NCBI GenBank assembly: GCA_038727515.1
Contig: JAVYVS010000003.1
Location: 152,345-216,344, forward strand
Direction of reading: 5' to 3'
DNA length: 64,000 nucleotides
Origin: Candidatus Methanomethylicia archaeon
GTDB lineage: Archaea > Thermoproteota > Methanomethylicia > Culexarchaeales > Culexarchaeaceae
Shown here: positions 55,163-64,000 of the stretch, one piece after another
Layout: every line of letters starts with the position of its first letter
Position numbering within the stretch: position 1 is the first letter of the stretch
The notes under the pieces: model-generated
Databases searched by the model: none
Told to the model about the DNA's origin: nothing
Seen by the model: the letters and a program-made list of their open reading frames with translations, nothing else
Translations under genes and position numbers: made by a program

Positions 55163-56200
55163 ATGCCCTTCGAGTTTGAAGGCATCAAAATTGATAGAAA
55201 AATAGTTAAAATTTCCCAATCTGATAACATTCCCCTCATAGGTTGCATTGCATTTGGAGTAATAGATAGAGGTACCAATATAATTCAAATTCGTCCTATT
55301 ACACTTTGCCCTTTATCCTGTATTTTTTGTTCTACAGACGCTGGACCTAAATCAACTAAAAGACAATGTGAATTTATAGTCGAATTAGAATATTTAATTC
55401 AATACGTTAAACAGGTGCTTAAGTACAAAGGATGTAGTGGCATTGAAGCTCATATAGATACTGTAGGTGATCCACTAACTTATCCCAGCATCGTAGATCT
55501 GGTTAATAAACTTAGTGATTTACAAGGCATAAATGTAATTTCCATGCAAACTCATGGGTTTCTATTAAATGAAAAATTAATTGATGAGCTAGAAAGTGCA
55601 GGTCTTTCTAGAATTAACTTATCAATTGATGCATTAGACTCTGAACTCGCTAAATACTTATCTTCTACTGAGAATTATAATATAGAACGTATTTTATCAC
55701 TTGCAGAATATATTTCTAACTCTAAGATTGATTTGCTTATCGCACCAGTATGGGTTCCACCATTAAATACTTATGAAATTCCACGAATCATTGAGTATGC
55801 TAAGAAAATTGGTGCCGGTAAAAAATGGCCACCACTAGGTATACAAAAATACGAGGGTCATAAATATGGTAGAAAACCAAAAGGGGTCCATCCCATCTCA
55901 TGGAAGAAGTTTCATGAACAACTAGAAGCTTGGGAAAAATTATTCAATGTAAAATTGAAATTGCATCCGAAAGATTTCGGAATATTTAAAGCTCCTAAGC
56001 TTCCATACGCCTTTAGAAAGTATGAGAAAATTAAAGTGAAAACTGTGGAGTTAGGCTTTTTTAAAGGACAAAAACTTGCTGTTGCTAGAGATAGAGCAAT
56101 TACTATAATAAATGCAAATAATATACCAATAGAATCTAAAGTATATGTCAGAATACTAAGAATAAAAGACAACATTATTATAGCTGAACCATCTTTCTAA
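55163..56200 (+). CDS. radical SAM protein with C-terminal TRAM-like domain (COG2100-like)
   Basis: PLIG..AFG.IDRGTN, CPLSCIFC, SMQTHG. Confidence 0.85.
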   Translation: MPFEFEGIKIDRKIVKISQSDNIPLIGCIAFGVIDRGTNIIQIRPITLCPLSCIFCSTDAGPKSTKRQCEFIVELEYLIQYVKQVLKYKGCSGIEAHIDTVGDPLTYPSIVDLVNKLSDLQGINVISMQTHGFLLNEKLIDELESAGLSRINLSIDALDSELAKYLSSTENYNIERILSLAEYISNSKIDLLIAPVWVPPLNTYEIPRIIEYAKKIGAGKKWPPLGIQKYEGHKYGRKPKGVHPISWKKFHEQLEAWEKLFNVKLKLHPKDFGIFKAPKLPYAFRKYEKIKVKTVELGFFKGQKLAVARDRAITIINANNIPIESKVYVRILRIKDNIIIAEPSF

Positions 56201-56298
56201 ACTTATATGTATAATAAACACATTAGTACCAAGAGTTAAATATTTATAACTGATGTACACTATGATTGAACAAATAATAGTTAAGGATGTGGTGATAA

Positions 56299-56811
56299 AT
56301 GCCATTAAGACCTGGAAAATGTTACAGACACTTTAGTGGTCCACCATACACCAGGAAGGAATATGTACCAGGAGTCCCTCAACCAAAAATAAGCGTATTT
56401 GAAATGGGAGAAAAGAAAGGTGTTTTCAATGTAATTGTAAAATTGGTAGCAAAAGAAAAAGGACAAATAAGACACAATGCGTTAGAAGCTGCAAGAGTTG
56501 CATCAAATAAGATAATGGAAGAAAATACAAATAAAAACTATCATCTCAAAGTAGTTGTTTATCCACACCATATATTGAGAGAAAACAAGATGATGGCATT
56601 TGCAGGTGCCGATCGTTTACAAGATGGTATGAGGCTTTCTTTTGGCAAACCAATTGGAACAGCTGCTAGAATAGAGGAAGGGCAAGAAATTATCATAATA
56701 AGAACAAACGAAGAGAATTTGGAGCATGCAAAAAAGGCTTTAAAAGTGGCTGCATCCAAGCTACCACTTCCTACACGAATAATAGAAGAAAGAGTGCAAA
56801 TGGCCAAGTAA
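56299..56811 (+). CDS. rpl10e: 50S ribosomal protein L10e (uL16)
   Basis: [33 protein letters not shown]. Confidence 0.96.
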   Translation: MPLRPGKCYRHFSGPPYTRKEYVPGVPQPKISVFEMGEKKGVFNVIVKLVAKEKGQIRHNALEAARVASNKIMEENTNKNYHLKVVVYPHHILRENKMMAFAGADRLQDGMRLSFGKPIGTAARIEEGQEIIIIRTNEENLEHAKKALKVAASKLPLPTRIIEERVQMAK

Positions 56812-56887
56812 AAACATTAATATTAAACTTTCACACAAAAAAACTTAGAGTTTAAACTAATAAAATTATAATATAGGCCGAATATAG

Positions 56888-56959
56888 GCCGGGGTGGCCG
56901 AGTGGCGAGGCGGCGGACTGCAGATCCGCTCTACGGGGGTTCAAATCCCTCCCCCGGCT
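56888..56959 (+). tRNA. tRNA-Cys(GCA)
   Basis: GCCGGGG/CCCCGGC-T; loop CT-GCA-GA. Confidence 0.95.
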
Positions 56960-57038
56960 TTAAACAATCTATTAGGTTAGGTTTTGTAACTAATGAATAT
57001 TTTAAAAATTTTTTAAAAAAAGTTGTCTATTAAATAAA

Positions 57039-57437
57039 TTATTTTTTAATTTTTGAATCAAGAGTGTAGATTGCATTGATAAATAAATCACCATTACACT
57101 TGGGGCACTTACCTATACCTTTAAATATGTAATCACCTTCTTGAAAAAGACGTTCCTCCTTGTAATTACAAATTTTATTAACACACTTTATACTAGTTAC
57201 AATTTGAGGCATCTTAAGAAATCTAAGACGTAATAATTGTTTATATTTGTATGAGAAGTATATTGAGAGAAACATGCATATAATTCCTGCTATTAAAAAA
57301 TCTAGCGAGAAAATATCTAATTCATTATAATCAAATCGAATATTAATTATTGCAACAAAGAGAAATATCAATGAAAATACTGAGAAGATTGCCGACAATA
57401 TCATCAATATATTAACTTTAGATGATGATTTTTCCAT
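57039..57437 (-). CDS. two-TM membrane protein with C-terminal Zn ribbon
   Basis: Two hydrophobic helices; C..KIC...R.F..GDYIFK...CPKC; follows the DUF1512 gene. Confidence 0.7.
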   Translation of the reverse strand: MEKSSSKVNILMILSAIFSVFSLIFLFVAIINIRFDYNELDIFSLDFLIAGIICMFLSIYFSYKYKQLLRLRFLKMPQIVTSIKCVNKICNYKEERLFQEGDYIFKGIGKCPKCNGDLFINAIYTLDSKIKK

Positions 57438-57450
57438 AAGTTATCACCGT

Positions 57451-58590
57451 TTAAAGTATTCCCATACTATTCCCTACTCCAACAATGAGTATTGTTTCTC
57501 CTTCAGAGGATCTTGTATCAATTATATCAAAAATTCTTTGGACTACGTGATCAGCTGATTCAATTATATCCTTTTTCATCGTAGTTATAGCTTCTTCTAA
57601 AGACATTTTTATAATTATTGCATCAAGAGGTATTTTATACTTAGTTGCGATTTCTTCTATTTTAAATTTCTCAACTCCAGTACCACCAATTGCAGCACCA
57701 ACTCCCTCAGCTATAGAACCTGTTTTTTCCCCCTCCAATTTTAGTGCTGCATCAACCATTATTATTCGTGAGATTAATCCACCATTCATATTTATTATCC
57801 GTTCTATTGCATCATCTATATTCCCAACTTCTGCACCAGGCCCTTCAGCTTTAATGACAATGATCCTTCGTTTATTATATTCGAATTCTGAAAAAACAGT
57901 TTTATTAGCTATTGGTTTAACATTTTTTCCCCACATTAATTTAGATGCAACAAGTGCGCCAACTCCATCTCCTATTGGCGTTCCGTTAGAAAAAGCATAA
58001 GTTGCATTAAAATATGCTTCAGCATAACGCATAATTATTGGTAAATTCATTTGAAGCTGCATTATAAATATCATATTTTTAGTTTTTTTCCCTAACATAA
58101 AGTAATGACGAACCAACCTATATAGTTCATTTAAACCTATCGTTGTCTCTAATAATCCTTCAACATTTGAAATATACATTGGTGGAATATTCGGAGCTAT
58201 CTGTTTAATGAATGCTTCAATACGTTCATTACGTAGATCTATTACATGTTTCAATTTATTTACAATTCCGTAAGGATCCAATGACGTCGGTTCTATTACA
58301 AAAAAATCTAAAAAACTTTCTATGAAATTAGTAGGATCAGTTTCTAATTTCCCTAATTCCTTTATTTTCTTTATGGTAATTTCTTTAGATTTAGAGGCAA
58401 GAAATTTTAAACGTTTAAGAGAAGCTTCAGCTTCTCTTAACCAAATAAATGTCTGTAATCTTTGATTTAGAAAAGCTAATGTGAAGATTAAAATTAAGAA
58501 ATAAATAAGTTGAACTATGTAAGAGCTTATAGAATCATTAAACAAGCCAATCACGTTAGCATCGAGCTTCCCATTTGAAGATGTATACAT
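57451..58590 (-). CDS. DUF1512 family protein
   Basis: P.SLDP.G, PIGDGVG, KAEGPG, VDAALKLEGE.TG, GVGNS.G. Confidence 0.85.
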   Translation of the reverse strand: MYTSSNGKLDANVIGLFNDSISSYIVQLIYFLILIFTLAFLNQRLQTFIWLREAEASLKRLKFLASKSKEITIKKIKELGKLETDPTNFIESFLDFFVIEPTSLDPYGIVNKLKHVIDLRNERIEAFIKQIAPNIPPMYISNVEGLLETTIGLNELYRLVRHYFMLGKKTKNMIFIMQLQMNLPIIMRYAEAYFNATYAFSNGTPIGDGVGALVASKLMWGKNVKPIANKTVFSEFEYNKRRIIVIKAEGPGAEVGNIDDAIERIINMNGGLISRIIMVDAALKLEGEKTGSIAEGVGAAIGGTGVEKFKIEEIATKYKIPLDAIIIKMSLEEAITTMKKDIIESADHVVQRIFDIIDTRSSEGETILIVGVGNSMGIL

Positions 58591-58648
58591 GTAAGTCTAA
58601 AACTAATATTAAACAATAAAATAAAAATGTTATTTATTTTTAAATTTT

Positions 58649-58774
<126 letters not shown>

Positions 58775-58863
58775 AAAATGAAATTAGTTTTTCTATTTAA
58801 TAAATTTATCTTACTGAGTACTAGGGTTAAACTTATTAAACTTAGTTGTCTAAATATTTTTAG

Positions 58864-58966
58864 GCCGGGGTCGCCTAGCGTGGTAAGGGCGCCGGACTCA
58901 TAATCAACTAATTAGAGGGGTAGATGTGAAATCCGGTTCTCGCGGGTTCAAGTCCCGCCCCCGGCA
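58864..58966 (+). tRNA. elongator tRNA-Met(CAT) with 28-nt intron at 37/38 (58903-58930)
   Basis: GCCGGGG/CCCCGGC-A; CCGGA-CTCATA|A-TCCGG; relaxed BHB. Confidence 0.88.
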
Positions 58967-59123
58967 TTAGTATTTCTAGTTTAGTGTACAGATAATATGT
59001 TTTAAATGGTGAATCAATATCATGCAATTTATCTACATATTTGAACTTTTAGGAGATTAAATAACTAAACTATTTAAAAACTGTTACAGTAAATTTTAAA
59101 ATTTAGATTACAATCTATCTTCT

Positions 59124-59534
59124 ATGGTACATATGGTATCAATAAGGGGGAAGATTTTAAAATTATCTATTGTCTTCTATCGTTTACATTACTTTATAAG
59201 TGAGTTTTTCCCATTGTTATGTCTTCTTGTTTTTACATTATTTTTAAGCGGGTTTAATTTAACACTTCTTTCTCCTATTACTGGGTTATTTCCAACAAGT
59301 TTTGGTTATTCATTTATAATACCATATATGGATTATCAAACTGTAGTTGAATTTATTGTAGTATTTCTATTAATTTTACTATCTTCAGTTGGATTAATAC
59401 TAATATTGTACGGTTCAAGAATTTCGATTGACAGAAGATTCTCAAATATAGTTTCTTATGGAGGAGTATTATTGTTTATTCTTATGTCACTTATCTTGCA
59501 ATATATATTTAATATAAAGTTTAGTGGAACATGA
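59124..59534 (+). CDS. multi-TM membrane protein of unknown function
   Basis: About three hydrophobic helices; QTVVEF...GL..I segment. Confidence 0.6.
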   Translation: MVHMVSIRGKILKLSIVFYRLHYFISEFFPLLCLLVFTLFLSGFNLTLLSPITGLFPTSFGYSFIIPYMDYQTVVEFIVVFLLILLSSVGLILILYGSRISIDRRFSNIVSYGGVLLFILMSLILQYIFNIKFSGT

Positions 59535-59537
59535 TTT

Positions 59538-60026
59538 TCACCATGGAACCTTCTTAATACCAACCATATAAGCAACCATATTTGTAATTAAGTGTATAGG
59601 TATTGTAATTAAAATAATTGTAAACATTTCCCATATTGTGTATGATTCGAACTTTGATGACAATAAAAGAGCAACTATAATAAAAGTGGCTTGATCTAGA
59701 AATGGTGCTGGCCTCCCCCTTCCTATATTTAATCTTCTCTTTATAAATGAACCTAACAAATCTCCTAACATCGCACCAAGTGATAATGTAAATGCTCTCA
59801 TCAAATTACCTGGATTTTGTAAAAGTCCTGTTAATATTCCTGAAATAAATCCTACAAAAAACCCTTCAATGGTTTTTCCAGGGCCTAAAAGAGGTCTTCC
59901 ATCAATAAATTTCTTATTTAAATCTATTGGATGACCTGATCTAACCATTATCAAAGGAGTAGCATTAGCTATATATGCTGGCAGCACTTTCCAAATTAGT
60001 AAAAACATTTCTTTAATCATATTCAT
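59538..60026 (-). CDS. carS: CDP-archaeol synthase
   Basis: PAYIANA.P, P.D....DGR.LLG.GKT.EG, GDL.GSFIKRR, LDQ. Confidence 0.94.
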   Translation of the reverse strand: MNMIKEMFLLIWKVLPAYIANATPLIMVRSGHPIDLNKKFIDGRPLLGPGKTIEGFFVGFISGILTGLLQNPGNLMRAFTLSLGAMLGDLLGSFIKRRLNIGRGRPAPFLDQATFIIVALLLSSKFESYTIWEMFTIILITIPIHLITNMVAYMVGIKKVPW

Positions 60027-60741
60027 AACTAATTCCCTCCGATGTTATCTTAAACTTTATACTAATGTTTTTACTTGTTCCTTTTTTTACTTCTACCGTT
60101 AAAATTCTTTCATCATCCTTTCTTTCAAGCCTTATTATATTATCACACCAATATTTGATAACTTTTGATGCCACTACGTCTTTTCCTACCTGTGAGCTTG
60201 AACTTATTACATCCGTTGTATTTCCTGTTACTATAATCGATATTTCTTTTGATGATGCAATGTATTTCAATAATGCCATTTGTTCATTGAGGACTTTATT
60301 TGCCCATATTGATGCCTTTTTCCCTGACAAAACTTCCCTATATCTCTCCGTTATACTGTCAAATATCACTAATTTTACTTTTTGTGTAATGAAGAACTCT
60401 AACTTATATACTATTTCTGTTTGTTCTAAAAAGTTTTCTGGGGTAATTACAATTAAATTCTTCAAAATTTCCTTCTTCATATCTTCTAAAACAGTTTTTT
60501 CTGCTAATTGAACAAGTCTCTCGATCGCAAATGGTTTTTCTGTTGTCACGTATATTACTTTATACCCTTTTTCCAAACATTTTAATGTGACCATAAAGCA
60601 TAATAGCGTCTTCCCAGTACCATAATCCCCATATACTAGTGTTAATTCGCCGACTTTCAATCCTCCATCAAATAATTCATCTATTTTCATGCAACCAAAA
60701 GGTATAATTATCTTCTCTCTATAAGCTTCACTTGATACCAA
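60013..60741 (-). CDS. radB: RadB-like RecA-family ATPase
   Basis: IDELFDGG, YGDYGTGKT, FDSIT..YR; no RadA N-terminal domain. Confidence 0.7.
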   Translation of the reverse strand: MVSSEAYREKIIIPFGCMKIDELFDGGLKVGELTLVYGDYGTGKTLLCFMVTLKCLEKGYKVIYVTTEKPFAIERLVQLAEKTVLEDMKKEILKNLIVITPENFLEQTEIVYKLEFFITQKVKLVIFDSITERYREVLSGKKASIWANKVLNEQMALLKYIASSKEISIIVTGNTTDVISSSSQVGKDVVASKVIKYWCDNIIRLERKDDERILTVEVKKGTSKNISIKFKITSEGISYEYD

Positions 60742-60868
60742 TTATTTTCAATATAACCATATAATACAAATCTTTATAAATTTCTTCTTTAATTTTACAC
60801 TTTGTACTATAGCCACTTACATATTATGATTTATGTAGGAATCTAATGACTTTCTAGGTGGGAAATAT

Positions 60869-61537
60869 TTGACAAGGATAGGGTTGATGATTAAAAATCC
60901 AAAAGTTAGATTTTCAATTATAAATTTTCTTAATGAACACAACATTAACTTTACAGAATTTTCCTCTATAGATGAATTAACTAATGCAAACGTGGATGTA
61001 ATTCTTACAGACGAGGATAATTTACTTAATCTTTCTTTCAATCTCAAACACAAAATAGTTTTTATCAATGATTATTATATATCGCAAAAATTTATGTTTA
61101 AAATAATTCCTCATATATATGATAAGGATATTTTTAATGAAATAATTGTTGGTATTGATCCTGGAAAAACTTATGGTTTTATTCTTCTTGCGGATGGTAA
61201 AATTATTTTAAAGAGGGAATTCAAAGAATTAAATTTTCTTATCGAACTATTGTGGGAGTCAATAAATGAAATTCCAGCAAAAAACGTACTAGTAAGAATT
61301 GGAGATGGTGGTGGCGAATTTTTAAAGTCTCTTTTAGATAAACTAAGGGAAAAGTTATGTGATGATAAAACTTATAATAAAAGTATATGTTTAGAAATTG
61401 TTAATGAAAAATCCTTGTTTGGTGCGGTACCCAAGTATGTAAATAAATTACTTTCAAATAATGTACTCTCTGCCTATATGATAGCTTTAAATAAAGGTAG
61501 GAGGATTAAAATTGATGAGTATGCGTATAGAAGGTAA
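60869..61537 (+). CDS. hypothetical protein with RNase H-like (GIDPG) domain
   Basis: IIVGIDPGKTYG, VRIGDG, IVNE motifs. Confidence 0.6.
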   Translation: MTRIGLMIKNPKVRFSIINFLNEHNINFTEFSSIDELTNANVDVILTDEDNLLNLSFNLKHKIVFINDYYISQKFMFKIIPHIYDKDIFNEIIVGIDPGKTYGFILLADGKIILKREFKELNFLIELLWESINEIPAKNVLVRIGDGGGEFLKSLLDKLREKLCDDKTYNKSICLEIVNEKSLFGAVPKYVNKLLSNNVLSAYMIALNKGRRIKIDEYAYRR

Positions 61538-62882
61538 TAGCAACATTGTGAACATTAGTTCTGGAAAATTTCTGAAGGTGGAAGGACCAGCATATTTAGA
61601 AGTTTTACAAGGTAAAATTACTGTTCTGGGTAAGGAGGTTCAAATTAAAGAGCCTATCATAATCCCTAGATCAAAAGTTCTAGTATTCAACGTAATTAGT
61701 TCTTCCATAATTAAAATCAAATGTGGTGTTGGTGGATATTTCGAAGAAATAGAGGAGGTATTAATACCCATGGAATGGAGAAATATTGTAACAAAAGTAC
61801 TAGAGTTTAAAAAGCCTTTAGTCATAATGATTCTTGGGACTGTGGAAAGTGGAAAAACAACATTATGTACCTTTGTTGCAAATGAATCCTTTAGTAAAAA
61901 TTATAAAACAGCCGTCGTAGATAGTGATGTTGGTCAATCTGATTTAGGGCCTCCTGCTACTATAGGCGTAGGTTTTCTGGAGCGTGAAATTACTTTTCTT
62001 TCAGAAATACCTTTATTTGATATTTTCTTTGCTGGTTCAACATCACCAAAAGAAGTTTACGAAAGAATTCTATTAAGTACACGAAAAGCTGTAGATAGAG
62101 CATTAGAAAACGGTGCTGAAGTTATCGTTGTAAATACTGATGGATGGATATCGGATATTGATGCAAAAAAGTTTAAAACATCTTTAATTTTAAGCATAGA
62201 ACCAAATGTTATTCTATGTATTCAAAGGTATGGGGAATTAGAAAGCATTCTTAAAGCTTTTAAAAACTTTTCATCAATCAACATATTTCGACTTCCTCCT
62301 GCCAAAATCACTAAAACTAAAAGTAAAGAGGAAAGAAAGCTTTTAAGGGAACATGCTTTTGCAAGGCTTTTTTCAGATGCTAAAGTCATATCTTTAAATA
62401 TTAATAGACTAAGCTTTTTGTATTCAGTCTTTGGCTCTGGATTACAAATTACAAATAATAGTCTAAGAGAATATGAATCTACACTTAATATTCCCATTGT
62501 ATATGGAGAATCATCCACCGATTTTGTTTTCCTAGTTTGTAAAGGTTCATTAAATGAAGAAAAAATTAAAAATATGAAGAATATTCTTTCCAGCAAAAAT
62601 GATAAAATCACACCTATAATCGTTGACGAAAACTTTGCTAAGAATATCCTTGTCGGGCTTTTCGATTCAAATCATAAATTTTTAGGACTTGGCATAATCA
62701 TGGATATAGATTTTTATAAAAGAACAATAGATATATTCACTAATGTTAAAGAAAGTAATGTATGTACAGTGGCATTTGGAAATATAAAATTAAGTGAAGA
62801 TGGAAGAGAAATTGGAAAAATAGATCCTTGGTCCTTTCAAGATCCTACCGCTAGTAATGTACTTTCATCAAAAAGAAATTAA
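61512..62882 (+). CDS. Clp1/Grc3-type polynucleotide 5'-hydroxyl kinase
   Basis: [30 protein letters not shown]. Confidence 0.9.
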   Translation: MMSMRIEGNSNIVNISSGKFLKVEGPAYLEVLQGKITVLGKEVQIKEPIIIPRSKVLVFNVISSSIIKIKCGVGGYFEEIEEVLIPMEWRNIVTKVLEFKKPLVIMILGTVESGKTTLCTFVANESFSKNYKTAVVDSDVGQSDLGPPATIGVGFLEREITFLSEIPLFDIFFAGSTSPKEVYERILLSTRKAVDRALENGAEVIVVNTDGWISDIDAKKFKTSLILSIEPNVILCIQRYGELESILKAFKNFSSINIFRLPPAKITKTKSKEERKLLREHAFARLFSDAKVISLNINRLSFLYSVFGSGLQITNNSLREYESTLNIPIVYGESSTDFVFLVCKGSLNEEKIKNMKNILSSKNDKITPIIVDENFAKNILVGLFDSNHKFLGLGIIMDIDFYKRTIDIFTNVKESNVCTVAFGNIKLSEDGREIGKIDPWSFQDPTASNVLSSKRN

Positions 62883-62920
62883 TATATATCACTTTACATT
62901 TTCTTTCTTGTGGTGGGAGT

Positions 62921-64000
62921 ATGTCCACAGCTTCCGCGGCAAAAACTGCTACATTAGGACAGATAGGAGGAGTACCTGTTTTAATCTTAAAGGAGGGTAC
63001 AAGTAGAACTGCAGGAAAGGAAGCCATGAGAGCAAATATTATGGCTGCAAGAGCAATAGCTGAAGTGTTAAAGAGCTCACTTGGTCCCAAGGGTATGGAT
63101 AAGATGCTTGTTGATAGTTTAGGTGATATAACTATAACTAATGATGGTGCTACTATTCTTAAGGAGATGGATGTTCAACATCCAGCTGCTAAGATGATGG
63201 TTGAGATTTCAAAGGCTCAAGATGATGAAGTTGGTGATGGAACAACAACAGCAGTAGTATTAGCAGGAGAACTACTAAAACAAGCAGAAGAACTACTCTT
63301 ACAAGATATACATCCTACCATTGTAATCGAAGGATATAAAAAGAGCATGGAAAAAGCGATACAGATACTTAATGAAATAGCTGAAGAAATTGATCCTAGA
63401 AATAAAGAGATCCTTAGAAAAATAGGGAAGACAACTCTTGCAAGTAAAGCGTTAGTTATGGCAGCATTAGAAAAACTAACAGATATGGCGATAGAGGCAG
63501 TATTACAAGTTGCAGAAGAAAAAGAGGGAAAAATGATTGTAGATATTGACAATGTAAAAGTTGAGAAAAAAGAAGGTGGATCATTAAATGATACAACTCT
63601 AGTTTATGGTGTTGTTTTGGATAAGGAAGTTGTTCATCCTGGTATGCCTAAGAGGGTTGAAAAAGCTAAAATCGCGCTATTAAATTGCCCATTGGAGGTA
63701 GAGAAAACAGAGATAAGTGCAAAGATAAATATAACAAATCCACAACAAATGAGGGCATTTCTAGACCAAGAAACAGAAATTCTTAAGAAGATGGTTGATA
63801 AGATTAAGAGTGTTGGTGCTAATGTTGTTTTCTGTCAGAAGGGTATTGATGATGTAGCTCAGCATTTCCTAGCTAAGTATGGTATCCTTGCTGCAAGAAG
63901 AATAAAAGAATCGGACATAGCCAAATTGGCTAGGGCTACTGGTGCAAGAATAGTGACAAGTATTGATGATATTACTGAGGGAGATCTAGGATACGCTGAA
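62921..64000 (+). CDS. ths: thermosome (group II chaperonin) subunit, truncated by window end
   Basis: Not in ORF track; [35 protein letters not shown]. Confidence 0.96.
   Translation, partial: MSTASAAKTATLGQIGGVPVLILKEGTSRTAGKEAMRANIMAARAIAEVLKSSLGPKGMDKMLVDSLGDITITNDGATILKEMDVQHPAAKMMVEISKAQDDEVGDGTTTAVVLAGELLKQAEELLLQDIHPTIVIEGYKKSMEKAIQILNEIAEEIDPRNKEILRKIGKTTLASKALVMAALEKLTDMAIEAVLQVAEEKEGKMIVDIDNVKVEKKEGGSLNDTTLVYGVVLDKEVVHPGMPKRVEKAKIALLNCPLEVEKTEISAKINITNPQQMRAFLDQETEILKKMVDKIKSVGANVVFCQKGIDDVAQHFLAKYGILAARRIKESDIAKLARATGARIVTSIDDITEGDLGYAE

Overview
Core-genome segment of an AT-rich, probably thermophilic archaeon; its structural RNAs are much more GC-rich than its coding DNA. The markers point to the TACK group outside the classical PolD-less Crenarchaeota (inference): PolD large subunit, Elf1, SmAP3, a 16S-23S operon with no spacer tRNA and an unlinked 5S. 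The window holds about 60 mostly housekeeping CDS (translation, RNA processing and modification, proteasome, archaeal lipid synthesis, part of the A-type ATP synthase, pyrBI/pyrH, PolD, thermosome). It also holds 16S, 23S and 5S rRNA, RNase P RNA, 10 tRNAs (3 interrupted) and at least two unannotated small RNAs. Most notable: (1) an ArsR-HTH/ATP-cone/class III RNR fusion lacking the glycyl-radical glycine, a candidate nucleotide-sensing pseudo-enzyme regulator next to pyrBI; (2) a tRNA-Trp with a 35-nt insertion at the acceptor/D-arm junction as well as a C/D-like anticodon intron; (3) a ~4.8-kb ORF-poor region with ORB-like elements, families of short palindromes and three HTH genes but no orc1/cdc6, a candidate origin or segregation locus; (4) a perfect 122-bp repeat shared by the ATP synthase stalk subunits E and H; (5) a divergent TFB heading a Tad/type IV pilus operon; (6) a two-hairpin K-turn RNA and a C/D guide predicted to target U34 of tRNA-Lys. 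No CRISPR array, transposase or integrase was seen. All calls were made by eye without database searches.
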